Notes: generated by a model not told the origin, from the sequence alone. A DNA stretch of 64,000 nt from Candidatus Bathyarchaeota archaeon (GCA_963815095.1 CAWFFH010000007.1:60457-124456); one strand, 5' to 3'; numbered from the stretch's first letter, positions 39,912 to 50,270 are shown. Numbers and translations are program-made.

Positions 39912-40460
39912 TTAGATTAACTCTTTCGCTGCCTTAAGGTAGATTTCGAAATCTCGTTCGGAAAACAATACAAAAGTAACTTTTTCAATCCTATCTTCTT
40001 TTTCTAAAAACGCCTTAATTGTGCCAATTGCTACTCGGCTAGCTTCTTCGATGGGATAACTGTATGCTCCAGTGCTGATTGATGGAAATGCAATAGTTTT
40101 CAGCCCCTTGCTGACGGCAAGCTTTAACGAGTTCCTATATGCCTGTTTCAACAGTTCGGCTTCGACATGAAAACCTCCAAGCCAGACTGGTCCAACTGTG
40201 TGGATGACATGTTTAGCTTTTAGGTTTCCTCCAGAAGTTATAATTGCTTTACCAGTGGGCAATCCATCTGGCCACTCGGTTTCTCGGATGCGTTTGCATT
40301 CTGCAAGAATTTTTGGTCCACCTTTAAGATGTATAGCTCCATCCACTCCGCCGCCTCCAAGAAGCGTTGAGTTAGCTGCGTTTACAATGGCGTCAGCTTC
40401 AACCTCCGTAATGTCACTTTTGATTAATTCAAGCTTAGCGTTTCCAACTTTAAATTCCAT
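39912..40460 (-). CDS. macrodomain O-acetyl-ADP-ribose deacetylase (YmdB-like)
   Basis: DIT..EADAIVNAAN..LLGGGGVDGAIH, HTVGP and FPSISTG motifs. Confidence 0.92.
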   Translation of the reverse strand: MEFKVGNAKLELIKSDITEVEADAIVNAANSTLLGGGGVDGAIHLKGGPKILAECKRIRETEWPDGLPTGKAIITSGGNLKAKHVIHTVGPVWLGGFHVEAELLKQAYRNSLKLAVSKGLKTIAFPSISTGAYSYPIEEASRVAIGTIKAFLEKEDRIEKVTFVLFSERDFEIYLKAAKELI

Positions 40461-40490
40461 AGATATCCCTTATCTCAAATGGCTATTTAA

Positions 40491-41138
40491 CTATGCCAAC
40501 AAAGACCACAAAGCTGAACCAATAAAATACACGCCAAAACAAATGAATACAGCTATACAAAAAAGCGTAATTCCTATCCGTGTGCGCTCGGTCCAGAACC
40601 TTTGAGACTTAAAAATCAATAACGCAACCACAGTGTACCAGATAAAATCAGTGAGCCAATGAACCCCTGCAAAGATAGAAAACCCTAACAATCCAAACAA
40701 TTTTGCGTTCAAGATAAGAGTTGTTCCAATAGTTAGCCACCATAGGATAAAGCCTGCATTTGCAGCTGTCGTCCACGCTCCTGCAAGTACGGAATCCCGC
40801 TTAACACTCACAGTGCGCTCTTCTTGTTTGTGCCTGTTTATGAATGCCCGCAAGCCCATGAAAATCATTAGAAAACCACCAATCAAACTAATCATAACCT
40901 GCACGAAACTGGGGATTTCAAATTCGCTGAGCACAAAGAAAATCAGGAACATCAAAGGAATTTCAACTATAGCATGACCGACGGCTATCAGGGCGCCAGC
41001 TGTTTTGTTTTTTGATGCCTTTCGAATTGTGACCGCAAATAGTGGTCCCGGTATCAGAACCCCTGAAAGCGAGATAAGCAACACAGAGGCCAAGAATACA
41101 TAGAAGTCGGTGATAAACTCCAAGATCCAAGTCTCCAA
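40491..41138 (-). CDS. LysE-family translocator
   Basis: PGP motif, GHAIVE, and about 6 TM. Confidence 0.85.
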   Translation of the reverse strand: METWILEFITDFYVFLASVLLISLSGVLIPGPLFAVTIRKASKNKTAGALIAVGHAIVEIPLMFLIFFVLSEFEIPSFVQVMISLIGGFLMIFMGLRAFINRHKQEERTVSVKRDSVLAGAWTTAANAGFILWWLTIGTTLILNAKLFGLLGFSIFAGVHWLTDFIWYTVVALLIFKSQRFWTERTRIGITLFCIAVFICFGVYFIGSALWSLLA

Positions 41139-41228
41139 TGCTTTTCCAATCTTTTTGCATGGTCAGCTATAAGCTTTCACTCTCCAATGGATCTAAACAT
41201 ACTTTGAAACCTTCGCTTTAATCAAGCA

Positions 41229-41807
41229 TTACTCAAACACATTTTTGCTTGGCTCGCGTTTTTGAGGCTTTAACAACCTCGTTTGCATTTCTACAATGTC
41301 TGCGCTATCCTTAGCGGTTACGTAATTGTCTAGCAACATTTGGTTTACCTCAAAAAACGTGTGCCCCCACGGAAAAATCAACAAAACATCTTCCGCCTCT
41401 TTCTTAAAACCAGCAATGTACAAGGCTGCTGCGATGGCTTCAACGGTTGTTAGTTTGGTAAGCTTCCCATAATTCACGGGATTGCCTGCAATCAAAATGG
41501 GTAAGCACCTGCTGGTTCCCTTTACTTGTTTTTCCATAACTTTTTGGGCATGTTCCCAACTGCAATCTAACGCTGCTAATCCAAACTGTTCTAGCCTTTC
41601 CCTGTCCGCTGGAGAGAACGCAATTTCGCCAAATGGGTTGAGCACGATGGCTCGCTTTGGAAGAAACCTTGTACTTGTAACTATTCGGGCAAGTCCTCGG
41701 CGTTTAAGCCTCAAGGCAGTGTTTTTTTTAGGGTCATCTTGAGCAGCGTGATAAATCGTAAGCCTGACGGGTAAAACCTGCTTTTGACCTTCAGAATCAG
41801 ATTCCAC
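41229..41807 (-). CDS. tsr3: rRNA aminocarboxypropyltransferase Tsr3 (DUF367)
   Basis: QDDPKKNTA, DCSW, LP.LIAGNPVNYG, EAIAAAL and F.WGHTF motifs. Confidence 0.92.
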   Translation of the reverse strand: MESDSEGQKQVLPVRLTIYHAAQDDPKKNTALRLKRRGLARIVTSTRFLPKRAIVLNPFGEIAFSPADRERLEQFGLAALDCSWEHAQKVMEKQVKGTSRCLPILIAGNPVNYGKLTKLTTVEAIAAALYIAGFKKEAEDVLLIFPWGHTFFEVNQMLLDNYVTAKDSADIVEMQTRLLKPQKREPSKNVFE

Positions 41808-43344
41808 TTGGGCTTCGCACCTTCAAATGACTCATGGGATCTTCAAACACACGTGGAATCCAATCGATAATATCCGTGGCTACCATATGAAAACCAATTT
41901 CATCTGTAACGAAGTCACCTGCCGCACCATTCACGAAGGCACCTGCGACAGCTGCCTCAAAGGAGTCAACGTTTTGAGCCATCAAACTCCCTACTATGCC
42001 GCTTAGAACGTCACCTGTTCCACCTACAGTCATCCCTGGATTACCGGTAAAATTCATCTTTGCACGGTTTGCATCGCAGATTATGTCAACTTTTCCTTTT
42101 ACTAAAACGACAGCGTTGAGTTTTTTGGCGGTTTTCTGTATTGCTAAGACGCGTTCTTCTTGGTTATCAGGCAACACTTCTCCTGTAAGTATCGTGTATT
42201 CGCCAGCATGAGGCGTTAAAACAAGAGGAATTTTTAGGGGTCTTTTGAATTTCGCGAAAGCTTTCAATCCGTCAGCATCCAAAAGCAGCGGTTTTTTGGC
42301 TTTTTCAACTTCATCTACGCATGCCTTGACAAATTTGACTGTTTCAGGGTTTAATCCTAATCCGGGCCCCATGACAACCGCGTCAACCATGCCTATGTAA
42401 TGCTTAATTTTTTCCATGTTTGCTGAGGAAAGGCTGCTGCTATCTCCCTCAAGTTTTACGGTAATCAAGTCAGGAGATATGGATGAAATAGCGTAAGCTG
42501 TCTTTTCTGGTGCGACAAGGTAAGTTATGTCCACGCCTGTGCGCAGGGCCGCCAAAGAAACAAGTGTTGGAGCGCCAGAGTAAACTTCGCTGCCGCCAAT
42601 AACGAGCAGTCGTCCAAAATCGCCCTTGTGAGACGTAGGGCTACGCGATTTGGTTACGAGTAAAACGTCGCCTGGACCGGCAAACCGCTCTATTTCGGTC
42701 GGTAAGCCAATATCGACAACGGCGAGTTCTCCAACGTATTGTTTGGCTTTATCCAAACCTGCTTTTGCCTTATGAAATGTTATTGTAAGATCTGCTTTTA
42801 TGGCAGCGCCTAACACTTCGCCAGTATCTGAATCAATGCCTGTGGGCACATCGACTGCAATCTTGAAACCGCTCAGCGAGTTAATGTAATCGACCACTTT
42901 AGATGTTAATGGTTTTAGTTTTCCTTTCGTTCCAGTTCCAAGCAAAGCATCAATAATTATGCCAGCGTTAACTTTAGGAATTAGGGAACTATCTGTTACC
43001 TCAAGCAAGGTCACTTTGCTCTGTAGTGATTGAAGAATGCCCCAGTTGATCCGTGCGGCTTCATGGGTAATGTCGCGGCTTCTGCCTAGTAAAACCAATG
43101 TGACATCAAAATCCTCTGCCAAAAGATGTCTAGCAGCTACAAAACCGTCGCCCCCATTTCCACCTAGACCACAAAAAACAGCTGCTTTTTTGTTTTTTTG
43201 GAAGCGAGTAATAGTTTCTTGGGCTATGCTGCGTCCAGCGTTCTCCATCAGTTGAAGCAGACTAATGCCAAAGTATTGTGCGTTGACTTCTAGGGCACGC
43301 ATTTCGCGGCTTGCTATGTAGAGGGTTTTGTTTTTTGCTTGCAT
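41797..43344 (-). CDS. nnr: bifunctional NAD(P)HX epimerase/dehydratase
   Basis: LMENAG, GNGGDG, DVPTG, HKGDFG, TPHAGE and GGTGDVLSG motifs. Confidence 0.93.
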   Translation of the reverse strand: MQAKNKTLYIASREMRALEVNAQYFGISLLQLMENAGRSIAQETITRFQKNKKAAVFCGLGGNGGDGFVAARHLLAEDFDVTLVLLGRSRDITHEAARINWGILQSLQSKVTLLEVTDSSLIPKVNAGIIIDALLGTGTKGKLKPLTSKVVDYINSLSGFKIAVDVPTGIDSDTGEVLGAAIKADLTITFHKAKAGLDKAKQYVGELAVVDIGLPTEIERFAGPGDVLLVTKSRSPTSHKGDFGRLLVIGGSEVYSGAPTLVSLAALRTGVDITYLVAPEKTAYAISSISPDLITVKLEGDSSSLSSANMEKIKHYIGMVDAVVMGPGLGLNPETVKFVKACVDEVEKAKKPLLLDADGLKAFAKFKRPLKIPLVLTPHAGEYTILTGEVLPDNQEERVLAIQKTAKKLNAVVLVKGKVDIICDANRAKMNFTGNPGMTVGGTGDVLSGIVGSLMAQNVDSFEAAVAGAFVNGAAGDFVTDEIGFHMVATDIIDWIPRVFEDPMSHLKVRSPSGI

Positions 43345-43397
43345 ATTGACGCCTGATTATTGTTATGTATGGTTAAAAGATAAGCATATCCTTAGCT

Positions 43398-43423
43398 GTA
43401 TACAAAAGCATCGCCCAAACACA
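43398..43423 (+). repeat. 26-bp dispersed repeat, copy 1
   Basis: GTATACAAAAGCATCGCCCAAACACA. Confidence 0.9.
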
Positions 43424-43480
43424 TAAATCAACTTGATCTGTTTTGCTGACCTCAAAACTGGAAAAAAATTCGAAGATCAA

Positions 43481-43498
43481 CGAACTATATATAATCAT
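43481..43498 (+). promoter_or_regulatory. BRE/TATA-like box with no nearby gene
   Basis: CGAACTATATATAATCAT; 16/18 identical to 45048-45065. Confidence 0.5.
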
Positions 43499-44289
43499 AC
43501 TTGCATTCAATTCAAAATAAAAGAGGAAACAAAATAAAGTGGCTAAACCGTGTTAGGAATCATGGCTATTAACATTCCAAACAATCGTTTAATTAAGAAG
43601 AAACCTCTTTAAGCGTAAGATTGCGGTTATTTTTCTACGAAAATGACAGGGACTACCCTTTCGAGACACTTCAAGAGAAACATGTACTATGTGAAACTAT
43701 TTTTTTGGCGTAGAAACTCTTCTTGGAAGTTTTTTGAATTGTTTTGGAAGCATTTTTTTCTTCAAATGAAATGAATTTTGTTTCTTCAAATGAGTCCTTT
43801 TATGTGCTTACGTAAAATTAGACGGTTTTAATTGCTATGTCTTTTTTTGTTTGAGCGAAAAATAGTCGAACGTCACTTTTTTACACTAAAAAGTTAAAAC
43901 ACCCCTTGATTATTACGTAAAAATTAATGAAACAACTATAACTTACCATAGGGAGCTTTACTTAGAAGCACAAAAAATAACGAAGGTGCATCTTCAAACC
44001 TAAAATTGCTATCGTTAAAAATTTATTTTTCAAAATTTCAAACTTTAAATTCAATAAAAAAGGTTGGTTTTTTGGTTGAGAGTTTTTGCGCTACCTCTCT
44101 TTCAGTTCCAGAAGATACTTTGAAGAGAACGTAAGCTAACATCGCGCCATGATTTCACCATTTTCATAGTCTTGTTAAGTCGTAATTACTTTTCCAAAAC
44201 ATCAATTTGGGCAAAAAAGTTTATCCATACCTTTACGTTTACTTAGTTCAGGTTTTAGCCTACATTCTTGAAGAACTATATTTCTGAAA

Positions 44290-45024
44290 ATGGTGACTTG
44301 TTTGAATAAAAACTATATGATAAAAAACTCGGATGCCCTCTTAGTAACAGACATACAAAAAGATTTTCTGCCCGGCGGGGCCTTGCCAATCGAAAACGGT
44401 GATGAAATAATCCCCGTCATCAATAATTACATAAAATATTTTGAAAACGCTAAGGCACATGTTTTAGCGTCTCGAGATTGGCACCCAAGCAACCATGTTT
44501 CCTTCACAACTCAAGGAGGACCTTGGCCACCACATTGCATCCAGGAAACAAGCGGCGCAAAGTTTAGCGCTGAACTTAAACTGCCCAAACGCACAATCAT
44601 TATTTCCAAAGCTACCAATCCTCAAAATGAAGCATATTCAGCCTTTGATGGAACAAGCCTCGCCCATGAGCTTCAGACTTTATGTGTAAAGCGGCTTTTC
44701 GTTGCCGGATTAGCGACCGATTACTGTGTGGTTAATACCGTTGTTGATGCACGTAAGTTGGGCCTTGAAGCAGTGGTGCTTATGGATGCAACATTGGGAA
44801 TTAACTTGGAGCCAGGTGATGTAGATCGAGCCATTGAAACGATTGTTAAATATGGTGCCCAACAGGCCACTGCCGACGATTTTCCAGATGCTGTTGATAA
44901 ATTGTCCATAGAAGAAACGCAGCCTGACGCGTTAGCAGAGAAACCTTCACTACGCGCAGAAGTTAAGAAAAAAGCTCGAATGCGCCCTAAAGGAGCCACT
45001 AAGCAAATTCGGACGGAGCGATAA
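44290..45024 (+). CDS. pncA: nicotinamidase/pyrazinamidase
   Basis: D.QKDF.PGGAL, DWHP..H.SF, WPPHC, YSAF and GLATDYCV motifs. Confidence 0.92.
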   Translation: MVTCLNKNYMIKNSDALLVTDIQKDFLPGGALPIENGDEIIPVINNYIKYFENAKAHVLASRDWHPSNHVSFTTQGGPWPPHCIQETSGAKFSAELKLPKRTIIISKATNPQNEAYSAFDGTSLAHELQTLCVKRLFVAGLATDYCVVNTVVDARKLGLEAVVLMDATLGINLEPGDVDRAIETIVKYGAQQATADDFPDAVDKLSIEETQPDALAEKPSLRAEVKKKARMRPKGATKQIRTER

Positions 45025-45047
45025 GGCTAAGTTTTTTCGAACAGCGA

Positions 45048-45065
45048 CGAACCTTATATAATCAT
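45048..45065 (+). promoter_or_regulatory. BRE/TATA-like box inside an inverted repeat
   Basis: CGAACCTTATATAATCAT, facing the convergent pncA-yjbQ gap. Confidence 0.5.
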
Positions 45066-45597
45066 CGGAGTAGAATTCCTGTAAAAAAGCGTAAGGTTCG
45101 TTGTATGACTTTTTTTTCCAAAAATATTTTTAACTGGACTTCTAAAAAGGTTTTCTATTCGGATTAAATGCATCACTCGGAGTTATTTGGCTTAATTAAC
45201 AGGTTGAAACGAGCTGAATGCCTCTTGCTAATGGTGTTTTAGGCTATGTTTTGAACTTTACAGGTTCGATTGTGCTTTTGGTGAGATTGCATAACTTTAG
45301 TAACATCTTTCTAATTTTATTCCCTTGTTCGTACACGTTTTAAAATCAACTTTTGATGCTAAAGAAGTGTTTTCCAAAGTTGTCAATCCCTTAACATGCC
45401 CAATTTGGTTTTTTGTTTACGAAATTTTTTCGAGTAGTAACTTTTTACAATAAATAGTGAAAACAACAGACATCATATTCTGAATTTATCATCAAACAGT
45501 TAATTTTGCACGTAAACAGTCGCACTTTCTCCTATTCGAGAGCCGAAAAATGAAAACTTTCAATAAAATATTTTTACCACCACTCGGAGCACGATTT

Positions 45598-46014
45598 TTA
45601 TTGTTCGCCCAGAACTTGAATAATTATTGTCCTAGCTCGGGGATAAACGTCGGTCTCAACAAAAAGGAGTGATTGCCAAGTTCCAAATTCGACGTTACCA
45701 TTAACTATTGGCAGAGTTTTATCTGGAGGAAGAAGCATGGAACGCAAATGTGAATGCGCATTAGAAGGATGCTGGTATGCCCCATGTTTTGGCGCAATCT
45801 CTTCTAGAAAAACTTTAATATCTTTCAGCAACGCGGAGTCGTTTTCAGTTAAGATGAGAATGCCTGTGGCATGTGGAGCGAATACATGGACTATACCGTT
45901 TCGGATTTCTGAAATGTCAACCGTCTCCTGGACTTTATCTGATAAGTTTACAAAGTCAATTTCTCCTTGCGTGGAAAAAGTGTAAGTTTTGTTTATGACT
46001 TTAAAGTTTGACAT
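45598..46014 (-). CDS. yjbQ: YjbQ/UPF0047 family protein
   Basis: PHATG...ENDS, NAHSHLRS, GTWQ and R.R motifs. Confidence 0.88.
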   Translation of the reverse strand: MSNFKVINKTYTFSTQGEIDFVNLSDKVQETVDISEIRNGIVHVFAPHATGILILTENDSALLKDIKVFLEEIAPKHGAYQHPSNAHSHLRSMLLPPDKTLPIVNGNVEFGTWQSLLFVETDVYPRARTIIIQVLGEQ

Positions 46015-46080
46015 TCTAGGCTCTCCCGCTATTTTATCAGTTCACTTGGCTGAAAAAGTTTTCGAGTTTGATTAAATGAC

Positions 46081-46106
46081 TGTGTTTGGTTGATGCTTTT
46101 GTATAC
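46081..46106 (-). repeat. 26-bp dispersed repeat, copy 2
   Basis: Reverse complement reads GTATACAAAAGCATCAACCAAACACA. Confidence 0.9.
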
Positions 46107-46559
46107 AGAAAAGGTCAAGGTTAATTTTATTGAAGTTGATTTTCATCATTTTTAACAATCATATGCGATTAATTCTTAACAAGATAACTTTTTCAGGCTT
46201 CTTCTGAGACTTTCAATTATTTGTGTCTTGACAAACAAAATACCATGGGGCTGACGATAGCTAACATTTGCCCAAATTTTTCCAGATACCATGATGACGT
46301 CATTTCAGTGTATATTACATTTACTACTCACTACAATGACAGCTCTTTTTAATCAATCACAGTTAACAAAATTAAGTAATTTAGGCATCTTTAAGCATAT
46401 GTAATAATGCTTTTGAATTCCAAATAAGCTTGAAAACTGATTACTTACCAACTCTTTAATCAGCTCTACCTCCAAACCGTGTCTAAAAGAAATAACCAAA
46501 TAGCTTTGAAGAAAATCAAAAACATTTACAAATTAATTAATAGTTGCATTTTTCTAAAA

Positions 46560-46789
46560 AAATCCTATCCACTTTCAAGAGGCACTGAAATCAAAGCTGG
46601 AATAAACTCAGTGTTTCTTGAATAAGAAAGTGGCAGCTGAAAGGAACAGTTGTTTTCAGAGCAGTGAGTTGTTTTTGAAAGTATCAGCACTTATTGTGGC
46701 TCCAATTTGTCTGTGAGTATGTCACCAGTTAAAGTTAGGATTTCTGGACCCTGTGCTTAGAGGGGCCTCTTTCGCGGACACTTTTTTTT
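46560..46789 (+). ncRNA. candidate structured non-coding RNA (unassigned)
   Basis: Nested helices with G-U pairs favouring the + strand, a TATA-like box upstream and a T8 tract downstream; details in findings. Confidence 0.45.
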
Positions 46790-47720
46790 GTATTCAAAAA
46801 AACTCTTGCTTAGCTCGATTCAAAGCTTGTTTAGAAGTGGACACAAGTGAGAAAGAGTCTATAATGTTAGCGAAAAAATAATTTTATTAACTTAGACCAA
46901 AATTAAAAATTTTTCTTAGTTCAAAAATTTTCGGGTAACCGTTGAGGCTTTTTATCATAAATAGCCTGTATTTGGACTTATTTTGCCTTAATTTTGTGTT
47001 AGTGCTATTGTTTTGCTCCGAAAGACGTTAAATACAGAAAACAATGATTTTTTTCTATGGAAACGATAATCTAAAGGCTCAAATTGCAGTCAAAATGGTA
47101 AAAAACCCTCAATTACGCCCTCATCGGTTTTAGCTCAATGAACTGGTATGGACATTACCGGAGCCTCATATAAGTACCTCCGAAAATCTCCATGCGAAGC
47201 AAGTGTCTGTTTTTTCGGCTAGCCTTCGAGGAAAAACCCCTTTTTTTGATAAATTGGATAACTTTGGCATTTTGGCTCAAAAGATTTTTTCAGAAAAGTT
47301 TTGTCATTAGGAAGTAATTCTTGGCTGTGTTGGTTTTGTTTTGGTGAATTGATGACTGGGTTTCTAAGTTTTGATCCAATTTCTATTTGGCGAGTATATT
47401 GTCTGGTGTTTGTTTTTTGTCTGAAAGGATTTCCTTGGGAGACCAGAAAAGGTTCTAGTTGAGCATTCTGTATTGAGTTTCTTTGGTTTTTTGAAGGATA
47501 GGTTATGTTTCTGTGGGAATTTTTGGTCTCTTAGGGAGCGTTATTTTCTATCTCTTTCAAGTCAACAATCACTTTTCGTATGCTTACTGTAGTCTAATCG
47601 GCGGTTATTTTTCATGTGTGGATGTTGAAGAATGCGTAATCAGTGGCTATAGTTGTGTAAGTAATACTTGCAATTTACACCATCACCAGTGCGCTCCAGC
47701 CACACCAACCTAAACGGGCA

Positions 47721-47746
47721 GTATACAAAAGCATCCCCAAAACACA
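47721..47746 (+). repeat. 26-bp dispersed repeat, copy 3
   Basis: GTATACAAAAGCATCCCCAAAACACA. Confidence 0.9.
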
Positions 47747-47816
47747 TTTCCAACTTGCTCCCAAGGAACCATTTTTATGTTAAGAGCTCAATAAATAGAA
47801 ACATTCTGAGTGGAAA

Positions 47817-48272
47817 TTGTTGGCAACAGAGATCGACCGCATCAAACTTAGGCGATGGCGCAAAAGAGGCTTCTACAGCGAAACAGTCCTAGTCAAGCTC
47901 TTACAAAAAAAAGGCTACAATTCCGTCCGCGTCCCAGTTAGCAACCCTAGCCTCAACCCTCTACCCGACGTCATGGCCCGAAAAGGCAAACACATGTACG
48001 CGTTTGAAGTAAAAAACGCAAGCTACTACGCCTACTTCCCAAGAATACAAATCGACAAACTCTTCCGATTTCTCGACCAATTCATTCCCTCAGGAAACGA
48101 AAACAAACACGCCGTCATCGCCGCTCACCTGGGGAAACGATGGATATTCAAAGAAATCAGCTGGAACGACTGGGAAAAAAACAAACTCCCTGACAAAGTA
48201 AGAATCTTAAAACGGGACCGCGGCAACCTAAACATAGACACAAGCTACCAGCAACTGGAAAAAACAGAATAA
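47817..48272 (+). CDS. Hjc-like Holliday junction resolvase / PD-(D/E)xK nuclease
   Basis: RG..SE..LV..L...GY..VRVP.S...PDV.A...FEVK pattern. Confidence 0.8.
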   Translation: MLATEIDRIKLRRWRKRGFYSETVLVKLLQKKGYNSVRVPVSNPSLNPLPDVMARKGKHMYAFEVKNASYYAYFPRIQIDKLFRFLDQFIPSGNENKHAVIAAHLGKRWIFKEISWNDWEKNKLPDKVRILKRDRGNLNIDTSYQQLEKTE

Positions 48273-48697
48273 AACAAATTATTACCTTTCAGGCAAACTG
48301 ACACTTAATTCGCGCCACATTTAGAACGTCTACCTCAAAAAAAAATGATATAATCGTCTCTTTACAAGCCTTAGGAAAAACATGCGTTACGTGAAATAAA
48401 CTTTAAGTCTTAAAAAAAATAAACCTGCAAATTCCACAAACAATATTTGCATTGTGTGGCGTTATAGGTTCAGGCAAAACCGCTTCCTCAACATTATAGT
48501 TAAGAATTAAATGCTATCGTCGGGAAAAAATCGTGTTTGCAGATCGGCATCTGACAGAGCAAGATGAGGATTTTTGTCAGATTTCCGCTGTACCCATGTT
48601 GGTTCATTTTTCAAGCGTAGTTTGATTACTTGCAGCCTTATTTTTTATGTTCATCTTTGGTCGCCTCCCGGTGCTTAGACTCGATTAAGCCGCGATT

Positions 48698-49405
48698 CTA
48701 AAAATCTTGACTTAACGTTTTGAACGTTTTAGGGAAAAACTTTAGCATTTCCGTGTAAGCAACCAGTTGGTGAATGAAATCTTGGAGCTGAAGGACAGGC
48801 ACCACTGGAACTTTCTCGTAAAACTTGAAGGAGCTGGGTATTAGGGAGAGCACAGTTGGAATAAACTTGGCTTTTTCCCATCGAGTGCATTCAAGTTTTA
48901 TGTTTATGTTAGGCAGTGAATCTGCTAACGCATGGGTTCTTTGTGTTTGTAAATCAACAATTTTTTTCAAAGCTGACGCTGCAATCGAACGTTGCCAATG
49001 TTTACAATCAATACAAACGACTAACGGCTTTTTGCATCCGACTACATCGATTTCCCATCTTTTTTCGTTGTGTTTGAATCGGACATTGTTTTGGACGACA
49101 TAACCATTATTTTTGAGGGCCAAAGCGGCGATTTCTTCAAACTCTTGCCAACAAAGCAAATCGCTAATTTGTTCAATGTCAGCCCCTAATTGTGATGCTT
49201 TAATGGCTAGTTTAAGTCTGCTGCCTCCGTTTATTTCAATGCTGGAGGGTTTGAGGTAAATGAGGTTTTCTTTTTGTAGTTTTTCAAGCAAATCTAATGT
49301 GACTGTTGAAGGTATCTTGGCTTCTCTTTTAACACTTTCAACTAAAGCAGGTCCTTCTTTAGTCAGTTTCAGCAGCGAAATCAATAGATTCCGTTCAACA
49401 CTCAT
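48698..49405 (-). CDS. wHTH + PD-(D/E)xK (Mrr/NERD-like) nuclease
   Basis: WQEFE...EIDVVG...IDCKHW; N-terminal segment resembles a wHTH. Confidence 0.78.
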   Translation of the reverse strand: MSVERNLLISLLKLTKEGPALVESVKREAKIPSTVTLDLLEKLQKENLIYLKPSSIEINGGSRLKLAIKASQLGADIEQISDLLCWQEFEEIAALALKNNGYVVQNNVRFKHNEKRWEIDVVGCKKPLVVCIDCKHWQRSIAASALKKIVDLQTQRTHALADSLPNINIKLECTRWEKAKFIPTVLSLIPSSFKFYEKVPVVPVLQLQDFIHQLVAYTEMLKFFPKTFKTLSQDF

Positions 49406-49496
49406 AACCTAACCTCAGGAAAATCAACATAAAGGATTCAAGAACAGTCAAATTACTCTGATTTGAGGCTGAACCTAAATCGACAAAGAATAAACC

Positions 49497-49522
49497 GTAT
49501 ACTAAAGCATGTCCCAAACACA
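49497..49522 (+). repeat. 26-bp dispersed repeat, copy 4 (diverged)
   Basis: GTATACTAAAGCATGTCCCAAACACA. Confidence 0.85.
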
Positions 49523-50195
49523 CTTTTATCAACCTCTCAGAAAATCCGGCTGCCCTCAAAGTCATCAATAATCTCCATCCTTACCTACTGTTTTAAAATC
49601 TAAGCCCTGTCGCTGAAATAACCTTTCCCATTGTTTCTATAAAAATGAAAATTTCGCTTACCTTCGCTACTCGTAGGTCCAAAAAACAAAAAGCCCCATG
49701 GATACTTGCACTGATTAATGTTACTCTATTCAACTATGCTATGTTATCTTTAACTTTTTAATGTAAAAAATGAACGTTCGATGGTTTTTCGCTTAAGATA
49801 AACTAACTTGGAAGCCTTAATCAAATAAATTTCGCTGAAAAAATCCACGACTCTTAGGAATACAAGATATAAGAAGACCCACCCAAAGCAAAAATAATAG
49901 AAGATTAACAAAAAATGGCACTACGCTCGTTTGAGACTGAAACTTAAGGGTTCTTTCATCCTTACAAGAAATAAAAAAACACTAAAAAACGAGATTCTAA
50001 CGACACAATTTAAGAAACTTGAGATTTTTTTTGGTTTTTGTTTCTGATCAAGCGGATAAAAAGGGGAATCAACGATTTATCTTTCATTACGTATATTTTT
50101 TCTGATTTTGGGAAGCTTAGTGTCTTAATCTTGTTGCAGAAGTTTGTAGCAGGAACAATGCTTTTTCAGTTTTTATCACTTAAGTCCGGCACGTA

Positions 50196-50208
50196 TATAT
50201 AAGGTTCG
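50196..50208 (-). promoter_or_regulatory. BRE/TATA-like box with no nearby gene
   Basis: Reverse complement CGAACCTTATATA is identical to 45048-45060. Confidence 0.5.
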
Positions 50209-50270
50209 TAAAGTTTCGGGAATTTAACGACTTATGAGCTAAATTTTTAAAAATTCTGAAAACCGTTTTG

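Noticed and set aside
43757-43926. Short repeats TTTCTTCAAATGA x2 and TTACGTAAAA x2 (TTACGT also at 48387 and 50087)
   Set aside because: Short and AT-rich; cannot be distinguished from chance without statistics, though worth including in a motif scan of this tract.
46015-47816. RNase P RNA, SRP RNA or canonical ORB origin in the long gap
   Set aside because: I could not find their conserved motifs on either strand, and no cdc6/orc1 gene is in the window.
47513-47892. Short ORFs of 66 and 74 aa upstream of the Hjc-like gene
   Set aside because: No SD or motifs, and one runs through the repeat; likely spurious.
47290-48272. G/T-rich to C/A-rich strand switch near repeat copy 3 as an origin signal
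   Set aside because: Similar local flips occur elsewhere in the window (e.g. ~5900); genome-scale skew is needed.
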